From Berkelbacteria bacterium GW2011_GWE1_39_12 (GTDB taxonomy: Bacteria > Patescibacteriota > UBA1384 > UBA12157), in the NCBI GenBank assembly GCA_001029735.1, contig CP011213.1, positions 460,613-524,612 on the forward strand: 64,000 bases of DNA, written 5' to 3'. The position numbers and the translations under genes were made by a program. The notes under the pieces were generated by a model, which was given only the letters and a program-made list of their open reading frames with translations, ran no database searches and had not been told where the DNA came from. Positions 48,884 to 58,026 of this stretch are shown piece by piece; position 1 is the stretch's first letter; every line of letters starts with the position of its first letter.

Positions 48884-49438
48884 ATGAAAAACGCAATTAT
48901 TTTACATGGCACAGGAGATTCAGCTGATAATTTTTGGTTTCCATATGTGAAAAAAGAATTGGAATCGCGCGGATACGATGTTTGGCTGCCGAACTTACCT
49001 TGCGCGGAAAAACCTAATATCAAAGATTGGCTCTCATTTGTTCTAGAAAGTGGCAAAATTACCGAAGAGACAGTTTTAATTGGTCATTCTGCCGGTGCTC
49101 AAATAATCTTGTCTGTATTAGAAAATCTAAATATTAAAATCAAGCAAGCGATTCTGGTTTCCGGTTATAGTAAAGAACTTCCCAAAGATGTTAATAGTGA
49201 AATGAATAAATACGAATTTAATTGGGAGTCAATCCGACCGCATGCTGGTAAGTTTGCTTTTGTAAATTCTGATAATGATCCATGGGGATGTGATGATAAA
49301 CAAGGTAGAATAATGTTCGACCATTTGGGTGGTATGCAAATTATCCTTCATGAGGGTCATATGGGATCTAATAAATTTAATCAACCATATAAAGAATTTC
49401 CACTAATTGTAAAATTAGTGGAGTTAGGAGAAATTTAA
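48884..49438 (+). CDS. RBBP9/YdeN-family alpha/beta hydrolase
   Basis: IILHG, WFP, GHSAG, SDNDP and GH motifs; AGGAG RBS before ATG 48884. Confidence 0.88.
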   Translation: MKNAIILHGTGDSADNFWFPYVKKELESRGYDVWLPNLPCAEKPNIKDWLSFVLESGKITEETVLIGHSAGAQIILSVLENLNIKIKQAILVSGYSKELPKDVNSEMNKYEFNWESIRPHAGKFAFVNSDNDPWGCDDKQGRIMFDHLGGMQIILHEGHMGSNKFNQPYKEFPLIVKLVELGEI

Positions 49439-49453
49439 TAAAGGAGTAATACG

Positions 49454-49864
49454 ATGAGTAATAAAGACTTTATCGAAGACATCGTCCCCGAAGACTATAA
49501 AACAAGGGGTAGTTATTCACCGGCAAAAAAGATAGATTTAGGTGGTTTTTACCTTATATTTGTGTCAGGGGTGCAAGCACCGAAAGACGATAACCACAGA
49601 GTAGTAACTGAAGATGTAGAAGAACAAACAAAATTAGTATTCGAAGACATTATTAAAATTTTACAGCAAGCAGACGCAACAATAGACGATGTTGTGAAGG
49701 CTGTCATCTATATCACTGATATGGATGACTTTGACAAAATCTCAAAAGTTAGAGGTGAATATTTTCGAAACGCTGTACCGGTAAGCACGCTGATAGAGGT
49801 AAACAGAATGACCAGAGATGGTGCAAAGATTGAAATTGAAGTAACGGCGATTGTTAAAAAATAA
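49454..49864 (+). CDS. RidA/YjgF family protein
   Basis: YS.A, FVSG, DVVK, P.ST..EV and IEIE motifs. Confidence 0.9.
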   Translation: MSNKDFIEDIVPEDYKTRGSYSPAKKIDLGGFYLIFVSGVQAPKDDNHRVVTEDVEEQTKLVFEDIIKILQQADATIDDVVKAVIYITDMDDFDKISKVRGEYFRNAVPVSTLIEVNRMTRDGAKIEIEVTAIVKK

Positions 49865-51036
49865 TGGATAAATTAAATAAAAATATAACCAAACTGTATC
49901 TGCTTGATATTTTTTCAAGTACTCAATTTCAATCCGTTGTGGCGGTATTATTTTTGTTAGCAAAAGGATTTAATCTCGGACAAGTTTTACTCTTTGGCTC
50001 TATTTATGCGGCTGGGGCCTTGGTAAGTGAAATTCCAACCGGCTCAATTAGCGACAAGTATGGACGAAAAACCAGCTTGATTCTTTCTACTCTAATAGAA
50101 CTTCCGGCATTTATAATCGTGATTTTATCTCATTCGTTTGTTCTAATTGGAATAATGTATTTTATTTTTGGAATTGCCGCTTCATTTACTTCCGGCACAG
50201 ACACAGCAATGTTGTACGATACTTTGAAAGGTATCGGCAAAGAAGATGATTTCAAAAAGATTAACGGTAAACTAAAATGGTATGGTGCTTGGGGTGGTGC
50301 AATCGGCGGAATTATCGGTGCATTTTTAGCTAAATATAATTTGGCTTATGCTTGGTGGGCGTGGGCTGGCGTATTGGTAATTATGCTTTTTATCCAACTT
50401 TCGTTAACGGAACCAGCCAAGGCTTATGCTAAGAAAACAAATACATATCTAAAAAATATTGGGCAAAGTTTGAAAGTTGCTTTCAGGGGTGAGGCTAGTT
50501 TTTTCATTCTTTACGCTGCAATAATTTGGTTTTTCTTTTGGCTGGGTTGGTCACTTTGGCAGCCATACTTAAAACTTACTAATTTACCGGTGGTTTATTT
50601 CGGATTCTTTTACGCGGGAGTTAGTTTGATTAGTGGATTTGTTTCCAAACAAGCACATCTTATCGAAAAGAAAATTGGTGTTCGGTTGTCATTATTTCTA
50701 ATCCCAATTTTTCTAGCGATAGCCCTCATTTTAGAATCAAGAATTGTTCTTGTTTTCAGTTTTCTATTTATCGCAATCCAAGCCGTGGCAAGTGGCTATT
50801 TTGGTCCGATCACTGATGACTATGTGAATCATCGTGTTTCGTCAGAAAGTAGAGCAACAGTTTTATCAGTTAAGAATATGATTTCTAGACTAATTTTTAT
50901 GGTATTTTCTCCGTTGGTTGGATATTTCTCTAATCTTTATAGTTTACAAACTGCGCTGATGATGGTTGGAGTAATTCTTATTATCGTCTCAATTATATTT
51001 TTGATTTATTCAAAATCATCATTAAGAAACGCTTAG
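49864..51036 (+). CDS. MFS transporter
   Basis: EIPTG.ISDKYGRK, SG.D.A.LYD and RAT.LS motifs; 12 TM helices. Confidence 0.92.
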   Translation: MDKLNKNITKLYLLDIFSSTQFQSVVAVLFLLAKGFNLGQVLLFGSIYAAGALVSEIPTGSISDKYGRKTSLILSTLIELPAFIIVILSHSFVLIGIMYFIFGIAASFTSGTDTAMLYDTLKGIGKEDDFKKINGKLKWYGAWGGAIGGIIGAFLAKYNLAYAWWAWAGVLVIMLFIQLSLTEPAKAYAKKTNTYLKNIGQSLKVAFRGEASFFILYAAIIWFFFWLGWSLWQPYLKLTNLPVVYFGFFYAGVSLISGFVSKQAHLIEKKIGVRLSLFLIPIFLAIALILESRIVLVFSFLFIAIQAVASGYFGPITDDYVNHRVSSESRATVLSVKNMISRLIFMVFSPLVGYFSNLYSLQTALMMVGVILIIVSIIFLIYSKSSLRNA

Positions 51037-51138
51037 CACTGCCAATTTTCTCTTAACCTTACCCCAGTACTCATAATCGTCCAGTATTGTTATAATTTTC
51101 TTTGTTAAGAAAATTTCGGAATTTTTCTGAAGGAAAAA

Positions 51139-51252
51139 TATAAGCGAAGCTTGCAACTCGCCGTCGCTCGTTATAAGCGAAGCTTGCAACTCGCCGTCGC
51201 TCGTTATAAGCGAAGCTTGCAACTCGCCGTTGCTCGTTATAAGCGAAGCTTG
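51139..51252. repeat. Tandem repeat of a 33-bp unit, 3 copies plus a partial copy
   Basis: tataagcgaagcttgcaactcgccgtcgctcgt; a single near-identical copy lies at ~48652-48684. Confidence 0.9.
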
Positions 51253-51425
51253 ACGCCCAGCGGCCTTAAATTTTTGACTAACACATAGCTTAACCTGTTT
51301 CAAGTAATTTAGTAAAAATTAATAGGAAAAATTTTCAATAAGGGTAAAAATATTTTCAAGTTTGATCTATGTTAAATACAGTGGTAAATTATCGCCGTTT
51401 TTTAGTAAAGTAATCAATATACTAC

Positions 51426-51647
51426 TTGACAAGTAATACAACTATTTGTAATACTTGTATTATTATAAATAACAAACAAAGAGTAACAATTTTTATTGAT
51501 CCCGCACTCGCGAAACACGCTAGAGCTCAAGCGGTCATCGAGGAAATCACCTTGACGGCTCTTTTTGAAAAAGCATTAATTAAATATTTGCCAGAAGAAA
51601 CTATTATCAAGAAACCCGCAATCGAAACGGATCTTAATAAAGGATGA
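51426..51647 (+). CDS. Small ribbon-helix-helix-like DNA-binding protein (start uncertain)
   Basis: KQRVTIFI.P…K.A...A…LT.L.EKAL..YL pattern. Confidence 0.55.
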   Translation: MTSNTTICNTCIIINNKQRVTIFIDPALAKHARAQAVIEEITLTALFEKALIKYLPEETIIKKPAIETDLNKG

Positions 51648-51694
51648 TAAGTGTGTTTCGCGTGAATGCGCTCATTTATCACAGGTAACCAAAA

Positions 51695-51991
51695 ATGAAT
51701 TTAACTATTTTTTACCAGCTCACAGTTAGCGTTTTTTGTGTTGTGGCTACAATTTTCATGATCGTTCTTTTTGTATGGGCGGTGATTATTCGTAAACAGA
51801 TCAATGGTTTAATTATAAAGTTTGAAGAAATTGCTGTTACAACTAAGACTGCAACAGGGGAAATTAAAGATTTTGTTGGAAGAACAATTGAACATTTGGA
51901 AAAATTTAAAGACAGTATTTTAACGTTCGAATTTATTCGCAAGATAACTTCTGAAGTAATAACATTAATAAAAAGTAATAAAAAGGAGTAG
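51695..51991 (+). CDS. Membrane-anchored coiled-coil protein (YoxC/DUF948-like)
   Basis: N-terminal TM helix and coiled coil; directly upstream of the YtxH gene. Confidence 0.6.
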   Translation: MNLTIFYQLTVSVFCVVATIFMIVLFVWAVIIRKQINGLIIKFEEIAVTTKTATGEIKDFVGRTIEHLEKFKDSILTFEFIRKITSEVITLIKSNKKE

Positions 51992-51993
51992 TA

Positions 51994-52326
51994 ATGGACA
52001 AGACAACAAAAGGGGTCATCGTTGGAGCATCTGTCGGTGTACTAGCAGGGGCAATCGCGGGTATTTTGTTTGCACCGCAATCTGGTAAAGAAACACGAGA
52101 GGATATTAAAAAATATCTTCATGAGATGAAAGAAAAAATTGCCGAGGAATTGTCAAAAGTCGGAGAAATTACTAAAGAGAAGTACGATGAAATTGTTAAC
52201 AAAGTAGTAAAAATTTATGAAACGGAAAAAAAGATTTCCAGTGAAGATGCAGCCGACATTAAGGATAAGTTAGAAAAGAACTATGACGAAATCGTGAAAA
52301 TTGCCACCGAACCATCAAAAGAATAA
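51994..52326 (+). CDS. YtxH-domain protein
   Basis: G...G…G.LFAP.SGKETR motif. Confidence 0.9.
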   Translation: MDKTTKGVIVGASVGVLAGAIAGILFAPQSGKETREDIKKYLHEMKEKIAEELSKVGEITKEKYDEIVNKVVKIYETEKKISSEDAADIKDKLEKNYDEIVKIATEPSKE

Positions 52327-52361
52327 TTTTGGGGACTTGAATTTAAAAAAGGAGGGAATCT

Positions 52362-53303
52362 GTGAGAAAATTTGTTAAAGTTTCGGTGATAGCCATATTG
52401 GCTATATCATCTTTTCTTGTTTTGGCAGGACCAACTACCGCGTTTGCAGCAACGGCAACAACACCAGTTTTGGGAAAGACTCTTACGTTTGGTATTCTTT
52501 CTAGCACCTACACCAATACTGCTGTCGGAACTACTATTAACGGAGATCTTGGATATACTACCGGACCCGCAGTACTACCTACGATAAATGGCACGAAATA
52601 TGTAGCCGAATCAACTTACAATCAAGCAGGGTTAGATCAGGCCACTGCTTTGGCTGAACTTAATAGTCAATCGGCTACATTTACCTTTGCACCAGGGGCA
52701 ATTGATCTTGCCAGTGATACTACACATGGTGCAATTGGCGTCTATACACCTGGAGTGTATTCGATAACTGGCGCGGCAAACATTGGCGGAGGGGGAACAA
52801 TTACTTTAAATGGCGCGGGGACATATATCTTTAGAATGGATGGCGCACTTAACACATCAGCTGACTCTAAGGTTATATATATTAATGGCGCATCACCTTG
52901 CGATATTTTCTGGACGCCGACCCAAGCCACCACGCTTGGTGCTAACTCTACATTTGTAGGAACTGATATTGACGCCTCGGGAATTACTATTGGTAGCACT
53001 GTAACATGGACGGGAAGAGCATTGGCTTTTGGTGGAACAGTTTCGACTGCTGCAGACACTATCACCGTACCTGATTGTGCGGCTACAGAAACATCTGCAG
53101 TAGCTACACTAGCCGCCGCAGATGCCGCTGCCGCAGCTACACTAGCCGCCGAAAATGCCGCAAATGCCGCCGCTGCCGCTAAATTGCCGAATACCGGAGT
53201 TGGTCAAACTCAAAATAGTATGCCTTGGATTATCGTTATACCAGTTGGTATTTTTGCAGTCGCGATCTTGCTCTGTATTATCCGCAGAAAAGAAACAGCT
53301 TAA
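52362..53303 (+). CDS. Ice-binding-like (DUF3494) protein with LPNTG sorting signal
   Basis: Signal peptide; T.INGDLG, TPGVY, IF…G.L.T, IFW, TLG.NS.F.G and GRAL motifs; Ala linker; LPNTG-TM-RRK. Confidence 0.85.
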   Translation: MRKFVKVSVIAILAISSFLVLAGPTTAFAATATTPVLGKTLTFGILSSTYTNTAVGTTINGDLGYTTGPAVLPTINGTKYVAESTYNQAGLDQATALAELNSQSATFTFAPGAIDLASDTTHGAIGVYTPGVYSITGAANIGGGGTITLNGAGTYIFRMDGALNTSADSKVIYINGASPCDIFWTPTQATTLGANSTFVGTDIDASGITIGSTVTWTGRALAFGGTVSTAADTITVPDCAATETSAVATLAAADAAAAATLAAENAANAAAAAKLPNTGVGQTQNSMPWIIVIPVGIFAVAILLCIIRRKETA

Positions 53304-53379
53304 TATAATCACAAAGAATAATTGCTAAACAAAAGCCAGACAAGAGTTGGTTTGGCTTTTGTGGTTATAAACTTTTGAG

Positions 53380-54015
53380 GTGTTTATGCAACCGAAAATT
53401 TCATTAGGACAAACACCATTAATAGCCGTTATTATAGGGTTTGTACTTTCTTTGACAATTCTTTTCTGTTTTGTTCCTAAAAATACAATTCAAAGTAGTT
53501 CGACACCATTTATTAATGAAAATAAACCTGTAAAAACCATTATCAATCCCGATCAAGAAAAAGTGAATTACGGATTGCCAATGCGCCTTAAAATTCCAGA
53601 AATTAATGTTGATGCTACTATTGATAATGCGGGTCTTACTCCCGATGGAACCATGGAGTCGCCGAAAAGTCCAAGTGGCGTGGTATGGTATAAACTTGGG
53701 GCACGGCCCGGGGAAATTGGCAGTGCTGTTATCGCTGGACATTACGGGACATGGAAAAATGGTGAGAAGTCGGTGTTTGATGATTTATCAAAATTAAACC
53801 CAGGCGATAAAATATATATAGAAGATGATATGGGAAAAACAACTACTTTCGTTTTAAAAAATAGCCAAAGTTATGATCCGAGTGCAGACGCTTCAGGTGT
53901 ATTTAACTCAAATGACGGGAAATCTCATCTTAATCTTGTTACCTGTGAAGGAATTTGGAATCCAATTTCTCAAAGCTATAGCAAGCGTCTAGTGATGTTT
54001 GCTGATAAGGAATAA
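53380..54015 (+). CDS. Class F sortase
   Basis: P.RL.IP.I.V, WY..G..PG..G.AVIAGH, L.LVTC.G and Y..R motifs. Confidence 0.9.
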   Translation: MFMQPKISLGQTPLIAVIIGFVLSLTILFCFVPKNTIQSSSTPFINENKPVKTIINPDQEKVNYGLPMRLKIPEINVDATIDNAGLTPDGTMESPKSPSGVVWYKLGARPGEIGSAVIAGHYGTWKNGEKSVFDDLSKLNPGDKIYIEDDMGKTTTFVLKNSQSYDPSADASGVFNSNDGKSHLNLVTCEGIWNPISQSYSKRLVMFADKE

Positions 54016-54313
54016 ATAGGTTATTTCTTGGACCATATTTAGTTGTGATCAAATTATTGATTACCGTTTATTATATTACTGGTAGTACCGCCACTTTTAT
54101 TTCAACCTATCCCCAGTTATTATAATCGCTCAAATAACTTATAAATTTCTAAGAGTTATTTTTAAAAAAATTCGAGCATCTTCAATCAGGCGGAGCCAAG
54201 TTATAAAAAAGACGCAAACGGTTGCCGTCCTTTTTGTTTTTATACTTTATGATTAATGAAAATGAAAAAGGACACTCGAAATACAAGTGTCCTGCTTAAA
54301 AAAGGTTACGGGT

Positions 54314-54904
54314 TTATCTTGCTGGCTCAAACCAGAATCCGCTCCACCAGCAAGGTTCAACATTAACATCGTAGTCGGAAAGTAGGACCCAGCCAAGATC
54401 TGAATAAACCGCGGGGTGGTGACTGTATCTTTCAACAACGATTCTTTGGTGGTGTAATATTGGTACCGGGCCAAATAAATCGGGGTCAACAGTTTCAACC
54501 TTGAATACTTGCAGATATTTTCCTGGCAATATTCTACTATGCAAATCCTGTGTCGAACCATATTCCGACGATACAGTCGCTAGCTGTACATGCTCTCTCT
54601 CGAAAAAAGTGTGATTGTAAAGCTGGGATCGATAGTGCTCTGCACGACGTAGTACTGTTTCGATTGGCATATCAGTCTTACCTGCACGGATCATACGAAA
54701 CAATTCATGACCAGCTTGCATGATTGAATCTCTTGATGGCCGATCTGATGCCTCGGGCGAAAAGAACAATTCATCCGAAACCCATTTCGACATCACTTCA
54801 TTGGCTCTCTTTCGGTCAATAATGTTCCCATTTTGGCCAAACCAAAGGCAGATGTCGGTAACGAGCGAGGCAAATCGTCCAAGACTATCCATATCAGTAT
54901 TCAT
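54314..54904 (-). CDS. Hypothetical protein
   Basis: GAGGGG RBS; own TTGATA/TATATT promoter. Confidence 0.6.
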   Translation of the reverse strand: MNTDMDSLGRFASLVTDICLWFGQNGNIIDRKRANEVMSKWVSDELFFSPEASDRPSRDSIMQAGHELFRMIRAGKTDMPIETVLRRAEHYRSQLYNHTFFEREHVQLATVSSEYGSTQDLHSRILPGKYLQVFKVETVDPDLFGPVPILHHQRIVVERYSHHPAVYSDLGWVLLSDYDVNVEPCWWSGFWFEPAR

Positions 54905-55020
54905 TCAAGAACCCCCTCAAAGATAATTTGTCAAGTTTGTTGCTGCTGCCAATATAGCATAAAAATACTGGTATATCAAGATTATTTTGTGTTTGTTTTT
55001 TATTACTGCCTGATAAATTT

Positions 55021-55542
55021 TTATTTGAGCGGATATTCCACTTTCTCGTTCTTGATTTGTGCAAAGGGTGTCATCAAATGAGGCTTAGCCGATTTTTCAG
55101 TAAAAATATCAATCACCTCGAAATTATGAACTAACAAAGCATCCCCAATCAGTGATCTGTGGCAGCGCCATGGAACAGCTTCGGCACACATGATCGCAGT
55201 ATCGTTTTTTTCTGCAATCTTAAGCAATCCTTTTAAGTTTTCCTCAAGCTCGGTTGTTTGCATATAATCGGCAAAACCGCGAAACGAGGCATTTCTCCAG
55301 GCTGTGTTAACTGAGTTTCTGGCGACATGACGAAAACCGCCGAGACCAGCCATATGAATATAGTGAATTCCATAATCAGTTAAATTTTTTTCTAAAATAT
55401 TCTCATTGAATTGTGGATTGTGCAGGGATCTCGTAATTGTCCGCACATCGACAACGATTTCAATATCATAAAATTTCAAAAGTTGGATAAATTCTGTTAT
55501 GGGATGAGTAGAATGCCCAACTGTGTAAATTTTTTTAACCAT
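55021..55542 (-). CDS. DUF488 family protein
   Basis: IYTVGHS, VDVR, LGG.R, F..YM and MCAEA..W.CHR motifs; true start is ATG 55542. Confidence 0.9.
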   Translation of the reverse strand: MVKKIYTVGHSTHPITEFIQLLKFYDIEIVVDVRTITRSLHNPQFNENILEKNLTDYGIHYIHMAGLGGFRHVARNSVNTAWRNASFRGFADYMQTTELEENLKGLLKIAEKNDTAIMCAEAVPWRCHRSLIGDALLVHNFEVIDIFTEKSAKPHLMTPFAQIKNEKVEYPLK

Positions 55543-55848
55543 CAGGTATACCCCAATCAAAATATTTTTACTTAAAAGTATAAAACATCTCAAGAAACAT
55601 TTATATGGTTTTTTATCTATAGCACTGACAAAGCAAAAATTATTAATAGCAAATATTCGAGCATCTTCAATCAGACGGAGCCAATCCACAGCGCGGATGG
55701 CGGATGCAATCGGCGCCAACCGACAAAGTCGGTCTTTAAATTGTCTTTTATTTTTGCTGAGCGTATATTTAAATCAACCGTCGAGTTATAGCTTGTCTAC
55801 GTTGCGAAGCTTAAAGCACATATTGCAGTTTCAAAGGAGGCGAGAGAT

Positions 55849-56166
55849 GTGTCTAGGTGGAGAAAAGCCAAAGACAAGCGCGCGATCCAGATTGGTGGAT
55901 ATCTTTGTGAGGTTTGCGGTCTTCAGTTAACAAGACGAGATATTGTCGGCCACCATAAGAGATTTCGCTGTTATGGTGGAGAAGACACTGTCGAAAATTG
56001 TATGCTGAAATGCCAAAGGTGTGAACAACTATTTGACCATGTTCCTCAAAACTCTGAAGGGTTTGAAGGTGATCATAATGCTCGGCGAAGGGACAGAAGA
56101 AATACGGTTGATATTCCATGTCAGCAGCCTTATGTGTCCAGCATGCAAATCGGTTGCCCTTGCTAG
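55849..56166 (+). CDS. HNH endonuclease-like protein
   Basis: CEVCG…HHK….GG.D...N....C..C; AAGGAGG RBS. Confidence 0.75.
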   Translation: MSRWRKAKDKRAIQIGGYLCEVCGLQLTRRDIVGHHKRFRCYGGEDTVENCMLKCQRCEQLFDHVPQNSEGFEGDHNARRRDRRNTVDIPCQQPYVSSMQIGCPC

Positions 56167-56380
56167 CTTGAAAAACGCTTCCGCAATACTAGACCGGGAA
56201 AAGATACTGGAAGTAATATCGTGCTAGCTGTTTCTGAAAAACCGGGCTACTTTAAGATCGGAGGCTAAATCGGATTCTAGTCCAACAATCCATTTCACCT
56301 AAGCCGGGTACCCGGCTTTTTTAAGCAGATGGATAAATAGGTGATTGGCAATATCTTACTATTAATGTCTAAGAAAATAA

Positions 56381-56977
56381 TTAATTAGGCTTTGCGATAA
56401 CGATTAGCCTTTTGTCAATTGTTCCAATTGGCCAGCAAGTCATTAGGGTTAATTGTTCAGATTCTGTTGGTTTTAAAACACTTACATCATTAGGACTTAC
56501 TATTTTTTTATCGGTCACTTTGTAGATGTACTCTTTTTGTTGCCACCAAACTGAAATTAGGTCGTCATCGTCTAAATCATTCAATTTGGCAAATATTGTC
56601 TTATATTCGCCAGGGTCCCACAAATAATAGGAAGAATGTCCAAAAATAAAAATATTACTCTTTTCGCCCGGATTTGCCGTGCCGGCAAACTGAGCGACGC
56701 CATTTTCTAGCGCTGAATCATATATCTCTTTATTTTTTCCGTCAACATTAGCAATAACGGGAGCTGAAATATTTAGTTTTGTAATCTCTAAATGGAAATC
56801 CTTGAATTTTGCTTGTGGTGTTGGGTTATTTGTCTCTAATTGACTTGAGTTATCCGTTGTGTTTACATTTTTTCTACTATTTATGCCAACGATGCCAACC
56901 AAAACAAGAAAAATGATGATTAAAAGCGTTTTAATTAAAATTTTTTTATTAATTTTTTTCATAGGGTAATAATACAT
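56381..56977 (-). CDS. Sortase (class D/E-like)
   Basis: N-terminal TM helix; L..GV…G...PG…IFGHS, LTLMTC.P and R motifs. Confidence 0.9.
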   Translation of the reverse strand: MYYYPMKKINKKILIKTLLIIIFLVLVGIVGINSRKNVNTTDNSSQLETNNPTPQAKFKDFHLEITKLNISAPVIANVDGKNKEIYDSALENGVAQFAGTANPGEKSNIFIFGHSSYYLWDPGEYKTIFAKLNDLDDDDLISVWWQQKEYIYKVTDKKIVSPNDVSVLKPTESEQLTLMTCWPIGTIDKRLIVIAKPN

Positions 56978-57169
56978 CCGTTGTGTCCTCGTGTTCTTGT
57001 TTAATTAGCCAATATTTTACATTTTTTATTGCTGAAATGGTTAAATCGAACAATTTAATCACTTCTTTATTATGATAATTTGTTATTAGTAAGAGAAAAG
57101 AAGTTTGTGACCGAATTTTCTCAATGGTTGGTCGATATAAACTTTCTAAAAATTAACGGGAGAAAATCA

Positions 57170-57901
57170 ATGAAAAAAGTATTTAATTATTCACTTAGCT
57201 TAATCGGTTTGGCTCTTTTAATTTCAGCAGTTTTTATCGGTGGTGTGGACAACACTTTTGCTCATACCGACACTAGTCCGTCAGTCACAATAGTTAATTC
57301 ACCGACGGGAGAAGTAACGCCTGGTGATGTTATAACTTATACTATTGATGCAAATAGTTTAGGCTTAAGTAACTCCGGTGTCTTGACTGCAACTTGGAAT
57401 GATCCTGACAATGTATCAACTTACGTTGATGGCTCTGCATCCGAAGGTTCAGAAGTTGATTTGGCTAACCATAAAATTACTTGGAATTTGATCAATATGG
57501 TGGATGAACCACAAGTTCTTTCTTTCCAATTAATGATGAATAGCGACAATCCAATAGATGGAACTTTTACCGTGGAAGTTTCTTCCTCAGCAGACTTTAT
57601 GGATGATGGCAATTCATTTGATTTTGGTAGTGGTAGCTGTGATATCTGCGGCAGTTGTGATATTTGCGGTAGCTGTGATATTTGCGCCAGTTGCGAATCA
57701 TGTAATTGCGATACCTGTGTCGGTCCAACAGAAAAAGTAATAACCAGTAATACTGTTGCTAATACTGTGACTTATGTTACTGAACAGCCCGAAGAAGAAG
57801 ATGAAGAAGAAGAGGTGTTAGGGATTGAAGAAAGTGCTCTACCTCTTACCGGTGCAGACACGTCTTATTTGAACGGAATTTTCAGCTTAATAAAATTTTG
57901 A
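57170..57901 (+). CDS. Exported Ig-like (DUF11-like) protein with CxxC repeats and an LPLTG motif
   Basis: Signal peptide ending TFA; V.PGDVITYTI; (SCDICG)n; acidic run; LPLTG. Confidence 0.75.
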   Translation: MKKVFNYSLSLIGLALLISAVFIGGVDNTFAHTDTSPSVTIVNSPTGEVTPGDVITYTIDANSLGLSNSGVLTATWNDPDNVSTYVDGSASEGSEVDLANHKITWNLINMVDEPQVLSFQLMMNSDNPIDGTFTVEVSSSADFMDDGNSFDFGSGSCDICGSCDICGSCDICASCESCNCDTCVGPTEKVITSNTVANTVTYVTEQPEEEDEEEEVLGIEESALPLTGADTSYLNGIFSLIKF

Positions 57902-58026
57902 TTTTAATACTAATTATTTAGTTAAAAAAATTCTCAGATTTCCTGAGAATTTTTTTTAAACTCATCGATTACAGGGTTGACATTGTGTCTTTTTAACGGT
58001 AAGCTATTTATCGTAAGAAAGGACAA

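Larger units (their letters stand above)
46360..55683. mobile_element. tRNA-Asn-anchored tandem cassette island with no integrase present
   Basis: GGAGCCA at 46360, 46414, 48705, 48759, 54192 and 55677; shared junction blocks at 46360-46510, 48550-48855, 51040-51285, 54088-54250 and 55652-55683. Confidence 0.65.

Noticed and set aside
51139-51252. CRISPR array
   Set aside because: The 33-bp units are contiguous with no spacers, and there are no cas genes in the window.
51022-51303. 93-aa ORF with LQASLITSDGE repeats as a real gene
   Set aside because: It is made of the tandem repeat plus the junction remnant, and the sister copies contain stops.
55543-55719. 59-aa N-terminal extension of DUF488
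   Set aside because: It runs through the att/junction remnant; the family N-terminus begins at ATG 55542.
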